Below, piece by piece: positions 27,190 through 39,864 of a stretch of DNA of 64,000 nucleotides. The notes beneath the pieces are model-generated. The model was not told the DNA's origin and searched no databases. It was given only the letters and a program-made list of their open reading frames with translations. The stretch spans positions 7,440,001 to 7,504,000 of the forward strand of contig OX597824.1 of NCBI GenBank assembly GCA_951406725.2. The letters run 5' to 3'. The stretch is from Octopus vulgaris (taxonomy: Eukaryota). A program made the translations under genes and the position numbers. The number at the start of each line of letters is the position of its first letter. Within the stretch, counting starts at the first letter, position 1.

Positions 27190-27349
27190 ATGAGGAATTA
27201 TGTACATTATTTATATTCGACGGATATTTGTCCACATCTTGTTGGAGAGTATATCAACCTAAACATTTTGCTAACAAGAAACAAGATGAGGATAAATATC
27301 CGTCGAATGTAAATAATATACATAATTCCTCATCTCTTAAATATAGAAC
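27190..27349. repeat. Palindromic remnant of the hammerhead-SINE 3' tail
   Basis: atgaggaattatgtacattattta...gacggatatttgtcc versus ggataaatatccgtcg...cataattcctcat; same sequence as 39406-39480. Confidence 0.8.
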
Positions 27350-27753
27350 TCTTCATCGTAGCTGAAACTTTTTAAAAACAGCTGCTAAATCTCCAAATCA
27401 CACTTTAAAATCTTCGTGGGAAAAGCTCTGTGTGGTTTCCTCGTCTTGCAAGAAATGGCAATAAAGTCAGCACCTCTTAAATTTCGTTTAGGATTGTTGT
27501 TGTTTTTTTACCCTAGAAACTTGTAATTTTTTAATGCTTTCAACATTAGATTCAGAATCTGTAAAAGAAAAGAAAAATCTGTGAAAAAAAAAAAACCGAA
27601 TTCTTTATTTAACTTAATAGAAGAAATTTTGGCCATTTATGTCCAAGATTCAAATTCCACCGAGGTCGACGTTGCCTTTCATCCTCTTGGGATCGATAAA
27701 ATAGATACCAGTTGAGCACTGGGGTCGAGGTAATCGATTAGTCCTTTCCCACC

Positions 27754-27822
27754 AAACGTTGTGTCAACAACAAACAAGATGAGGACAAATATCCATCAAA
27801 TGTAAATAATGTAAATAATGTA
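27754..27822 (+). repeat. 3' tail fragment of the hammerhead-SINE just upstream of the PQBP1 ATG
   Basis: aaacgttgtgtcaacaacaaacaagatgaggacaaatatccatcaaatgtaaataa matches 39853-39908. Confidence 0.8.
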
Positions 27823-27934
27823 ACGGTGGAGAGGTCTTACAAGGGAGATAACAACCATAATACCGCTCTCTAGTGATTGTTGTAAATATCTTTAATTCCC
27901 TCGCTTCGTGTTTTCTGTTGTGTTTGTTTCAAAG

Positions 27935-28010
27935 ATGCCTTTGCCAGCGGCTTTGCTTGCTAAATTGTCCAAACGGGGAATAATAAAAGCCCAAGAAGCG
28001 AAAAAGCCAG
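27935..28010 (+). CDS. PQBP1: PQBP1 homologue, coding exon 1 (MPLPAALLAKLSKRGIIKAQEAKKP)
   Basis: ATG at 27935. The translation matches the conserved PQBP1 N-terminus (MPLP..L..RL.KRGI). Donor G|gtgagt at 28011, phase 1. Confidence 0.93.
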
Positions 28011-31000
28011 GTGAGTATATCATTTATTGGTAAAGCTGTCTCAAATCTACAAGTAAACAATGATCTTTGGTTTTAAAACGGAATGGTTCACCTAGAAACA
28101 CGTACAGGACATTCTCTGGATGTCTGTAAACATTTCTAAAGTTTGATGCTTTATTGGTTATAAAATGTATTATAAAACAATAATTAGCTCAGATTAAAAC
28201 AATGATTAACTCAGATTAATTAGTCTTACTAATGATAGACCTCGCCTTTGGTTCATAAAGTAGTGTTTACGAAGCATAACTACAGTATGGTGCCCCACGA
28301 ATTTGTTTCCTTGTAACTTATGGGAAATAAATATTTTTAAATGATATTTTCCAAAGATTACGATTATATTTATAAGGTTTAGGAAAAGGAAAGAAAAAAC
28401 TTTCGGGGATAGTTTTGGATTAGTCTTCTCTCTTTATTCTGCTGTGTTGACATCAATTTTTATAGCTTAAGCATTTTCGTTTCTTTTTTTTAATATTTAT
28501 TTTCATTTACAGATTTATTTGCTTGAAATATCAATATTTTATAATCTAGAAACTCGAAAACGTATTTCTGCAAATACTGTTTAAAAACATGCATTTTAAA
28601 GAGAGGGATCTTTTCGGTCATTATTTAAAAAATCTGCCGGTCAAACCGAAAAGATCCTAAGAGATCTTTATGTAAACAGCCTGGAGAAGAATAATCTGGA
28701 ACTTCTCTAAAAACAGATTTTTTAAATAAATGTTCTCAGCATATTTGGAATCTACATAGTGGGAAATGTACCCATGCGAAATTTCATTAAAAAATTTGCA
28801 CTTTTCAGAAAATTATGAGCAAACAAAAATGGTAGGGTGGGGGCATCAAACTGTTGTTATGTAAAGGGTTGCAAATAAATACCCCGATATATTTTGCCCG
28901 CAGCTTTTGCAGTTCTGCTAATTCACCTCGACCCGCTAGAAGTAGCAGCTAAATTCTCTTTTAAAACTCATCCAATCGGCTTTAAAAGACGCTGACTATA
29001 TTTTGCGTATATGTGAAGAATAACGTCGTTAATCTCGAAGAGAATGCGGAATCTATAAAAACATTACGGTTTATTTGAAATAACGAAACGAAAAAGTGTT
29101 TACTCTACAGATTGGTTGTATTGTAGTGTTTGCGAACATAGTAAAGTCACGTAATTTCTGCTGATCATTAATTACCTCTTAGGGCAAGTAATTAAAAATA
29201 TTTTTAGTGTTGTTTCAAATTAAATATTGAAAAATAACCTAAATGAAAAGCATTGTTGACTTTGGATCTTTTACATCATAACATTTCAATGTTTTTTTTC
29301 TAATAGGTCATCTAAAATCTTTTCTCTACTCGTAACACGAGTGCTTTTAAAATATAAGTATTTTTTCATCCTGTATTAAACTATATTTCATTTTCGTTTC
29401 GGTATCTCAAATAAAACCCTGGTGTTTTTATACATTCCTCAGGTAGACTTGCCGGAATCGTACGTTTTCAAAAAACCGATCTTCACCCGCTTCACTCCTC
29501 ACTAAAAACAGAAATGACAGAGAATGGAAGCTTCCTAGCTGACTCACAACAGATACAATTATCAGTATTGTTTACAACTGATGAGTTCTAAGTTAAATTA
29601 AACTGTTTTAGTTTTATACACATAAAACAGTTAATTAAACTTATTCAGTTACTGTTTTCATAATTATATATTTTGTGTGTCAGCTGCTAAGGCGCTTGTG
29701 TTTGTAAACAATGCTTATAATAATATCTAAGATGGTCACATTCTATTTTGTATGGGACATCAAGGTTGGTATGGTTGGTATTTGAAAAGGAACATTGCCA
29801 AAGAGTCAGCACGTTAACCAATTCTTTGAAATTATGACATCATTCACCACTTGTAGCCTATGTAAATAAAATAATGATTTCAAATTTTACCACAAGCGCA
29901 GGAACTTTTTTGGGAAGGGAATAGTTGATTACATCAACCTCCAGTACTAATTTATTGGCCCCGAAAGGATGAAAGGCAAAGTCGACCTCAGCGGAATTTG
30001 AACTCAGAACATAGCCACAGACAAAATGCCTATTTCTTTACTACCCACAAGGGGCTAAACACAGAGAGGACAAACAAGGACAGACAAACGGATTAAGTCG
30101 ATTATATCGACCCCAGTGCATAACTGGTACTTATTTAATTGACCCTGAAAGGATGAAAGGCAAAGTCGACCTCGGCGGAATTTGAACTCAGAACGTAGCG
30201 GTAGACGGAATACCGCCAAGCATTTTGCCTGGCATGCTAACATTTCTGCCAAGTTGCTGCCTTCTATGTAAATAAAATAATAATAATAATAATATCATCA
30301 CCATCATCATCATCTTTAAACATCCGTTTCCATGCTTGCATGGGTTGGACAGTCTGACAAGATCTGTAGTCCATGCTTCGGCATGGATTCTATGACTGGA
30401 TACCCTTCCTAAAGCCAACCATCTAACAGTATGTACTGTGAGGTTGCCATACACCCTGCAAGATGAAGATCTCATTCAAGTGAGTTGGGTGCAATAGAGA
30501 GGGAGACTTTATGTCAGGAAATAAGAGGTTCAACTATGAGAAAAAGGGCCAGAACAGACCAGGTTTCTGGTCGTTGAGAAGCTGCATATTCCCAGTCCTT
30601 TGTTATTTTCTGGTGATGATGTACTTTGACACAAGGCCTCAAGGGTGGAGTCAGTTGATTAAATTGGCCAGTCGTTTACTTGTATTTTCTTTTATCAACT
30701 CCAGAAGGATGAAAGGCAAAGTTGCCTTAGGTGGGATTTGAACTCAGAATGTGAAGTGTTAGAGCGTATGCCACAAGGCATTTTTGTCTGCTGCACTAAT
30801 GACCGTGCCAATGTGCTCTTGGCAAAGTTCAACTGCTCACTCTGTGCTTGTGTCACCTTTTGCTAAATTAATAATCCTTCCTGCTCTAGGCACAAGGGCT
30901 GAAATTTTGGAGGAAGGGGGTAAGTTGATTACATCGACCCCAGTACTCAACTGGTACTTGATTTATTGACCCCTGAGAGGATAAAAAGCAAAGTTGACCT

Positions 31001-31123
31001 CAGTGGAATTTGAATCCAGGACAGAGTGGCAGACAAAATACTACTAAGCATTTTGCCTGGCATGCTAATGGTTCCACCAGCTCACTGCCTTTTTTGCCAA
31101 ATTAATAATTCCTTCTACTATAT

Positions 31124-31941
31124 CAGTAGTTCCTAACCTTTTCACAGTGCTTCCCAACCCTTTTATTTAAATGAGTATTCCTACTGACCCCTTTTAATAT
31201 GCTTATCCTTATGTATCATCATCATCACCATCAGTGTTTAACGTCCATTTTCCATGTTGGTATGGGTTGGAAAGTTTGACTGAGGTCAGGAGAGCCAGTG
31301 GCTGCACCAGGCTCCTACCTGATCTGGCAATATTTCTACAGCTGGATGCCCTTAACGCCAACCACTCTGAGAATGTAGTGGGTGCTTTTTACGTGCCACC
31401 AGCATAGGGGCCAGTCAAGTTACTGGCATTGGCCACATTCGGATGGTACTTTTTGCAATATATATATATATATATGTATATACTCTCTTTTACTCTTTTA
31501 CTTGTTTCAGTCATTTGACTGTGACCATGCTGGAGCACTGCCTTTAGTCGAGCACATCGACCCTAGGACTTATTCTCTGTAAGCCAAGTACTTATTCTAT
31601 CGGTCTCTTTTGCCGAACTGCTGAGTTATGGGGACGTAAACAGACCAGCATCGGTTGTCAAGTGGTGTTGGGGGACAAACACAGACACACAAACATATAC
31701 ACACAAACACACACACACACACATATAATATATGGAAAACGGACGCTAAACGATGATGATGATATATATATATACATATGATGGGCTTCTTTCAGTTTCC
31801 ATCTACCAAATCCACTCACAAGGCTTTGGTCGGCCCGAGGCTATAGTAGAAGACACTTGCCCAAGGTGCCACGCAGTGAGAATGAACCTCGAACCATGTA
31901 GTTCGTAAGCAAGCTACTTACCACACAGCCACTCCTGCGCC

Positions 31942-31973
<32 letters not shown>

Positions 31974-32034
31974 TTTGAATTTAGTTCACAGACTCCCAGT
32001 GCTACCTTTGCGGACCTCAGGTTGGGAACCACTA
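31124..32034. mobile_element. hAT MITE split by nested SINEs
   Basis: CAGTAGTTCCTAACCT...AGGTTGGGAACCACTA; TSD tactatat/tactatag. Confidence 0.7.
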
Positions 32035-32821
32035 TACTATAGGTTGAAGGCCTTAAATTTGGAGAAGGGAATTGGTCAATTTGATCAATCCCAATGCTTA
32101 ACTGGTTCTTCTTATATTGACCCCAAAAGGATGAAAGGCCATGTAGACCTTGACTGAATTTGAACTCAAAGTGTAAAGCTGGTAAAAATGCCACCAAGCA
32201 TTTTGTGCTAACAACTCTGCCAGTTCTTTGCCCTCATAATAGTCATAACTGTTTCTAGTTTCCATACAAGGTGAGCGATTTTTCAGGTGAGGGAACTCAC
32301 CAATTATATTGATGAAGTACTTCACCTGTTTTTATTTTATTGAGGCTGGTGGGATGAAGGGCCAGGTTGACCAGGGTGGGATTTGAACTCAGAATGTAAA
32401 GAATTAGGATAAACACCTCAAGGCATTTAATCTGATATGGTAAGGCGGTGAGCTGGCAGAAACGTTAGCACACTAGGCGAAATGCTTAGCGGTATTTCAT
32501 CTGCCACTACGTTCTGAGCTCAAATTCCGCCGAGGTCAACTTTGTCTTTCATCCTTTCGGGGTCGAATTAATAAGTACCAGTTACGCACTGGGGTCGATA
32601 TAATCGACTTAATCCGTTTGTCTGTCCTTGTTTAGCCCCTTGTGAGCAATAAAGAAATATATATTGATGAAGGGCCAGGTTGACCAGGGTGGGATTTGAA
32701 CTCAGAATGTAAAGAATTGGGATAAACACCTCAAGGTATTTAGTCTGGTATTAGTCTGATATTCTAATGGTTCTACCTGTCAACCACCTTCTGACATGAG
32801 CATTTTTTAATTTTATTTCAG

Positions 32822-33131
32822 AGGATGTTGAGGAAGTGTTTGCTGAAGATTATGATGAACCGACACAGCCCTTTAGTATGATGGACCCTGTTGGTGCGCC
32901 GGCAGTGTTACAAGAGGAACCGGTCACTAAGAAAGAGGAGACAGTAGAATCTCTGGATGAGGTGGCATGCCCTAACAAATCTAATCCTTATCACAAGTGC
33001 ACAGAATATTGTCTTAAACGGTATGGTAAAATTACTTTCACACCTGACCCTGAAACAGAACGGCGCCGATTACGGATGCTGATGAAATATCCACTTCCAG
33101 AAGGATGGCAAGAAATTCCAGATAAAACCAC
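32822..33131 (+). CDS. PQBP1: PQBP1 exon 2 (EDVEEVFAEDYD...CPNKSNPYHKCTEYC...YPLPEGWQEIPDKT)
   Basis: Acceptor ttttatttcag. EE.FAEDYD motif and start of the WW domain (LPEGW). Donor AC|gtatgt, phase 2. Overlaps ORF 32836..33195. Confidence 0.95.
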
Positions 33132-35638
33132 GTATGTATTATTTACTGTCAACATTGTTACTCTCTTTACTCTTTTACTTGCTTCAGTCATTTGATTGTG
33201 ACCATGCTGGAGCACCGCCTTTAGTCAAGCAAATCGACCCCAGGACTTATTCTTTTGTAAGCCTAGTACTTATTCTATTGGTCTATTTAGCCGAACTGCT
33301 AAGTTACTGGGACGTAAACACACCAGCATCGGTTGTCAAGCGATGTTGGGAGGACAAACACAGACACAGAAACACACACACAAATATACATATATACGAT
33401 GGGCTTCTTTCAGTTTCCGTCTACCAAATCCACTCACAAGGCTTTGGTCGGCCCGAGGCTATAGTAGAAGACACTTGCCCAAGGTGCCACGCAGTGGGAC
33501 TGAACCTGGGACCATCTGGTTGGTAAGCAAGCTACTTATCACACAGCCACTCCTGCGCCTCTTGTCAACATTGCTGAATGCTTGGTTTTCGCATTAACTT
33601 CTACTGCGTTACTGCTTTGTCTGATGTGATCAGAAGCATGAATTAAACAGTAATCTGTCTTGGGTGTCACTATTATTTTTTACTGTTGCTAAGGCAGCAG
33701 GCTGGTGGAATTGTTAGCACTTGAGGGTGGTGAGCTGGCAGAAATGATAGCACACCGGGTGAAATGCTTAGCGGTATTTCGTCTGCCGTTACGTTCTGAG
33801 TTCAAATTCCACTGAGGTCGACTTTGCCTTTCATCCTTTCGGGGTCGATTAAATAAGTACCACTTACACACTGGGTCGATATAATCAACTTAATCCGTTT
33901 GTCTGTCCTTGTTTGTCCTCTCTGTGTTTAGCCCCTTGTGGGTAGTAAAGAAATAGGTATTTCGTCTGCCGCTACATTCTGAGTTCAAATTCCGCCGAGG
34001 TTGACTTTGCCTTTCATCCTTTTGGGGTCAATAAATTAAGTACCAGTTATGCACTGGCGTCAATGTAATCGACTTAATCCCTTTGTCTGTCCTTGTTTGT
34101 CCCTTTCTATGTTTAGCCCCTTGTGGGCAATAAAGAAATAATTGTTAGCACCTGAAACAAAATTCTTCACAGCTTTTGTCCATCTACATTCTGAGTTCTA
34201 CAGGGTGGTCTGAAAGTCTTGTTACCCCCTACCAAAATGTAACGAGGACAAAAGAAGATCAAATAATGCAGTAATCCAAAGCACAAACTGGATTTAGTTT
34301 ATTCACTTTCATTGACTGACCCTCGTGCCGGTGGTACTTAAAAACACCCATTACAGTCTCGGAGTGGTTGGTGTTAGGAAGGGCATCCAGCTGTAGAAAC
34401 TTTGCCAGATCAGATTGGAGCCTGGTGCAGCCATCTGGTTCGCCAGCCCTCAGTCAAAATCGTCCAACCCATGCTAGCATGGAAAGCAGACGTTAAATGA
34501 TGATGATGATGATGATTGATGGTGTCACACATCGAGAAGGTCTGTATGAACTCCATCATTTTCATGGCACAAAATGATGTGACACCATGTCTTGTGTGAT
34601 ATTTTTCGAAGCAATTGTTGCAAACATTCTCTGAACGATGTCCTTCAACTGATGGGTATTCTGATATCATTCGTGTGAAATTCTCTCCTTAATAATACCT
34701 CACAATAAAGGGTAAAATTAAATAATTAATTAATAATCAATAGTTTTTACCAAGTAGTTTGGTATGTTAAAAGAACTATTATCGGTAAACTTGTACAAAA
34801 ATTTTTATAATTATGAGTATAATTATAATTGGGGTTCAGCAAAAATTGCTTCACCACATACCGAAATTTAGAAATAGCAGTTAAACTACTATTTCACTAC
34901 TGTAAGAAAATCTCCCAGACAACAATATTCAACAACTCACGCAGGTAAAGAGAAAAAATAACGAATCCACCCGGCTCTAATTAACTGTATACGCGTTTTT
35001 GATATAATATATATAAAATTTCAATTGACTTTAAACTTAATTGTAATTCGAATTTAACTCTAGCCATGAAGTGTACATAGTGTTTTTACTTATTATATTA
35101 TATATTTATATTTCATTTTATACTTTTTGAGATCTTCTTTTAAGTTATATATTTAAAAAAAAAATTATATATATATATATATATATGGAGGCGCAATGGC
35201 CTAGTGGTTAGGGCAGCGGACTCGCGGTCGTAGGATCGCGGTTTCGATTCCCAGACCGGGCGTTCTGAGTGTTTATTGAGCGAAAACACCTAAAGCTCCA
35301 CGAGGCTCCGGCAGGGGGTGGTGGCGATCCCTGCTGTACTCTTTCTCTCACTTCTTCTGTTGGCCTGCTCGCTTAGCCAGCAGGTTGGCGTCATTTGAAG
35401 GCTAAAACAATGAGAAGCACATTGTGACCAGCGATGTGTAACAACATCTGATAGCCTGGTCGGTCACGGTGATATATATATATTATTTGTTATTTATGTA
35501 TTGGTTTATGTCTATCACTGTTTGAGTTACCTAATAGTGGTTTTATCTCTAATTCATATTTTATATATTTATACTGTGAAATTTGATTTAATACTAAATC
35601 GAATTTTTCCCTGTAAGTTTTGAGTTATACTCCCTAAT

Positions 35639-35678
<40 letters not shown>

Positions 35679-35703
35679 CAGTGTTGTGTCTTTTCGCTTT
35701 CAG

Positions 35704-35804
35704 CAACCGATATTACTATTGGAACGTAGTAACTGATCAGGTGTCCTGGTTGTCTCCCTTACATCCAAAGGCTCGAATAATTGCTGCTGAAAGCAAAGCA
35801 TTGG
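35704..35804 (+). CDS. PQBP1: PQBP1 exon 3 (NRYYYWNVVTDQVSWLSPLHPKARIIAAESKAL), second half of the WW domain
   Basis: Acceptor cttttcgctttcag. YYWN..T..VSW..P signature. Donor G|gtaagt; phase fits exon 2. Confidence 0.95.
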
Positions 35805-36532
35805 GTAAGTAAATATTCAAACCCCATTGTTGTTGTTGTTTGGTTGCTAAGGTTAGTCCTGATTGAGTGGATCTCTGATCAAAAGGCGTTCCAGCCATGA
35901 CTGGACCTTCGTCTTCTGATTGTGCCGCTTTCTATTGTTGCTCTTATTGTTCAGCCCCCGACTCGTGCTATCAGAGGGCAGCAGTAAAATTTGTACTTTA
36001 CTCTTTTACTCTTTTACTTGTTTCAATCATTTGACTGCGGCCATGCTGGAGCACCGCCTTTAGTCGAGCAACTCGACCCCGGGACTTATTCTTTTGTAAG
36101 CCCAGTACTTATTCTATCGGTCTCTTTTGCCGAACTGCTAAGTGATGGGGACGTAAACACACCAGCATCGGTTGTCAAGCAATGCTAGGGAGACAAACAC
36201 AGACACACAAACTCACACACACACATATATACATACATATATACGACAGGCTTCTTTCAGTTTCCATCTACCAAATCCCCTCACAAGGCTTTGGTTGGCC
36301 CGGGGCTATAGCAGAAGACACTTGCCCAAGATGCCACGCAGTGGGACTGAACCCGCAACCATGTGGTTGGTTAGCAAGCTACTTACCACACAGCCACTCC
36401 GAAATTACTGGCCAGGATGACCACATTTCCAGTGATTGAAACCAGTAAAAGAGTTTTAAAACATAAACTATTTAGTGTTGTAAAACAATGTCTCCTTACG
36501 AATATTTTCTTCTATTATTTTTTTATTTTCAG

Positions 36533-36600
36533 AAACAGACAAAGCGTCTCCTCCCAAGTCTGGAATAGATTCAGATGGAATGGGTAATGACAGTGATGTT
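36533..36600 (+). CDS. PQBP1: PQBP1 exon 4 (ETDKASPPKSGIDSDGMGNDSDV)
   Basis: Acceptor ttttattttcag and donor gtaagt at 36601. The frame is open and joins phase 1 to phase 0. The peptide is low-complexity, so support is mainly from splice signals. Confidence 0.85.
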
Positions 36601-36738
36601 GTAAGTACAAAGCAATTTCCTCATCAAACCCATTGCACTTTGACCTTCATTCTTCAAAACTACACCTGTTGTTTTAGCCCTCTTGGTTTATAAACCAAAT
36701 TTGTGACCCAGTTTAACCGACCCTTGGGTACCCTTAAC

Positions 36739-37338
36739 CCTTTCAGTACAGTACTTATTTTGAGATGCTCTGTGTTTCTTTCAATCAATTTTAAATATAA
36801 TGAAGAATTTAGTAAAATAACTTAATTATCGTTAAGCTAGTGTTAGGAATATAAATTGTGACTAAGGTTTGGTGTAAGATTTTGATACAAAACCTATGGA
36901 AACAAGACATTTGTACAACAGAGCCAGAGGTAGTTTCAGCCGGGTTGGTATCAAAAGAGTCAAACACACCTCTACATTCGGGCAGATGCACATTAGAAGC
37001 AGTTGGAAAGGTATGGATTGAAGGAAATTTAGGCTATTATTTCTAGCATATAGAGTGACCACACTGAGGCTTCCTTCTCTTACGTCTTCTGCTGATTATT
37101 TTTCTTCTTAACCCTTTTGTTACCATATTTCTGTTGAGATGCTCTGTGTTTCTTTCAATTAATTTTAAATATAACAAAGAATTTAATAGAATAACTTAGT
37201 TATCATTCAGCTAGTGTTAGGAACATAAATTATGACTAAGGTTTGGTGGAAAATTTTAATTCAAAACTTTGGAAAGCAAGGCATTTGTACTACAAAGTCA
37301 GAGGTGGTTTCAGCCGGGTTGGTATCGAAAAGGTTTAA
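36739..37338 (-). mobile_element. Two more copies of the piggyBac-like MITE in PQBP1 intron 4
   Basis: Reverse complement of the 9.9-10.3 kb units, each starting ttaacccttt. Confidence 0.78.
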
Positions 37339-37874
37339 GGACTTCACTCTGGTTTGAAGTAACACAACATTTTAATGGGCACTCTGCAGCAGTGTTCATC
37401 ACCCCTTATAGTGTCACTGAATCTTTTGGGAGGAAGAGATCCTTAAATCAGAAATCTGGTTCAAATACTTGTAACTGAGTGTACCTCTCTGCTAAAAGCA
37501 TCCAAGGGGCCAGATGGGGGTGGTATCAAACTGCGTAATGAGCTGTGGTTCCTAGCTCCTTTGTTTTTCTTTTCCCCTGCACCAGCCACTGTTGATAGCC
37601 TTTGAAAGATGTCGTGGGCACTGCTCTTTCTAATGATACTATTAAAGAAGAAATAAATATTCCCTTCTGAAAATTACTTGAGATTGATTCAGTGATGAGG
37701 TTTTTGTCTGGTGTTAGGAAGGGCATCCAGCTGTAGAAACACCGCCAGATCAGACTGGAGCTTGGTGCAGCCACCTGGCTTCCCAGACCCCGGCCAAACC
37801 GTCCAACCCATGCCAGCATGGAAAGCGGACGTTAAACGATGATGATGATTAACTTTTATATTTTTCTTCTTCAG

Positions 37875-37971
37875 GAGGAAGAGGATCTGAGTGGATCTGA
37901 ATTGGACGAAGATTCTTCAGAAGAGGAACAAAGACAGAAAGTTGAGAGGAACAACAAGAAAAATTCCAGAT
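37875..37971 (+). CDS. PQBP1: PQBP1 exon 5 (EEEDLSGSELDEDSSEEEQRQKVERNNKKNSR)
   Basis: Acceptor tttttcttcttcag and donor T|gtgaga. Acidic then basic polar stretch; phases consistent. Confidence 0.87.
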
Positions 37972-38239
37972 GTGAGACATTTAACCATATTGATGTTGTT
38001 CTTGTTGTTATTATAAGGTGGAGAGCTGGCAAAATCGTCAGCACATTAAGCAGTATGCTTTGTGGCATTCCCTCCATCTTTACATTCTGAGGTTGCCTTT
38101 CATCCTTTCAGGGTCAATAAATAAATTAAGTACCAGTTATACACTGGAGTTGATGTAATTGTCTATCCCACTCCCCCAAATATCATTTTATGTACCTTTA
38201 TTAGAAAGGGTTACTATTATTATTACTGTTATCATTATT

Positions 38240-38405
38240 ATTGCCTTTGCACAGCTTCTAACGCTGGAGATGTACTTCAGTGTCAGCTGTTCACAACCAG
38301 TGAACTAAGGCAACACTTCTGAATTTTTGAGCACCTTCCGGAGTATTTGAGCGGTTCCATGCAGTGCTGCTTTCTGCAAGTGCTCCACCCTTATTGCAGC
38401 TCCTA
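38240..38405 (-). pseudogene. R4/Dong-like (RLE) LINE 3' end
   Basis: GAAIRVEHLQKAALHGTAQILRKVL is the typical C-terminus of this clade; flanked by (TAA)n. Confidence 0.75.
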
Positions 38406-38675
38406 TTATTATTTTATTATTATTATTAATATTTTTATTATTATTATAATTAATTTTTATAGGATTGATATCATAAGAGATGTTACTCCTCCAAGAATTA
38501 AAGACACATGAGATGTCAAAATATTGTTCATTTGATAAACAGTTGGACTCTTCTTTTGTTTCTATCATCATTACCACCACTACCACCATCACCACCACCA
38601 TTATTATTATTATTATCATTATTATTGAGGCAAGCTGGCAGTTGTTAGCACGCTGGGCAAAATGCTTCACAACAC

Positions 38676-38736
<61 letters not shown>

Positions 38737-39251
38737 GAGGCAAGCTGGCAGTTGTTAGCATGCTGGGCAAAATGCTTTGCAACATTTCAGTCATCTTTTA
38801 TGTTCTCAGTTCGAGTTCTGCCTAAGTTGACTTTGCCTTTCATCTTTTTGGTGTTGATAAATCAAGTACCAGTGAAACACTGGGGTTGATGTAGCCGACT
38901 TGTCCCCTCCCTTATAATGATAGGCCTTCTGCCTATAGTAGAAAGGATTATTATTATTATTATTAGGGTGGCTCCCGTGGCGGTGGCACGTAAACAGCAC
39001 CCACTACACTCTCAGAGCGGTTTGGCATTAGGAAGGGCATCCAGCTGTAGAAACCCTGCCAGATCAGACTGGAGTCTGGTGCAGCCTTCTGGCTCACTGG
39101 CCCTCAGTCAAACTGTCCAACCCATGCCAGCATGGAAAACGGACGTTAAACGATGATGATGATGCTAATTAATTAGTTCTCATTTTATTGTTTTGTTTTT
39201 CCTCTCTCACTTAAAACATGTAACAATATTATCTTGATATTTCTTCCACAG

Positions 39252-39309
39252 CTCGTGGCCCGTCTAATCTTGACCCGATGGACCCTGCAGCCTACTCGAA
39301 TGCTCCTCG
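39252..39309 (+). CDS. PQBP1: PQBP1 exon 6 (SRGPSNLDPMDPAAYSNAPR)
   Basis: Acceptor ttcttccacag. LDPMDP.AYS..PR motif of the PQBP1 C-terminal domain. Donor CG|gtcagt. Confidence 0.95.
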
Positions 39310-39484
39310 GTCAGTGTTTAACCCCCACTTTTATTTTATCTTATTATATTCTTGTTGAAACACACTACCTTTGTTGCAATTTATTTTGAAAATAATGAAA
39401 ACATACAGTTCTATGTTTAAGAGATGAGGAATTATTTACGTTATTTACATTTGACGGATATTTGTCCTCATCTTGTTTGTTGTT

Positions 39485-39530
39485 AACACAACGTTTCGGC
39501 TGATATACCCTCCAGCCTTCATCAAGTGTC
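39485..39530 (-). ncRNA. Second copy of the hammerhead motif (C3>U core variant)
   Basis: The reverse strand reads GACAC-TTGATGA-A-GGCTG...CAGCC-GAAA-CG-T-T-GTGTT: stem I intact, first core base changed. Confidence 0.6.
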
Positions 39531-39745
39531 TTGGGGAAATTTCGAACCTGGGTTCTCATTCCTAAGGTATTTTTCGATGTTATTATTATTATTCAGGTCA
39601 CTGCTTGGAATTGAACTCGGAATCTTGGGGTTAGTAGCCCGTGCTCTTAACCACAATGCCATATGCCCGTGGGCATAGTGGTTAAGAGCACGGGCTACTA
39701 ACCCCAAGATTCCGAGTTCGATTCCATGCAGTGACCTGAATAATG

Positions 39746-39776
<31 letters not shown>

Positions 39777-39818
39777 AAAATACCTTAGGAATGAGAACCC
39801 AGGTCGAAATTTCCCCAA

Positions 39819-39864
39819 GACACCTGATGAAGGCTGGAGGGTATATCAGCCGAAACGTTGTATT
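39819..39864 (+). ncRNA. Minimal type I hammerhead ribozyme motif (Penelope-like)
   Basis: GACAC-CTGATGA-A-GGCTG(gagggtatat)CAGCC-GAAA-CG-T-T-GTATT: intact core, 5-bp stem II, palindromic mini stem III, stem I with one mismatch. Confidence 0.72.
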
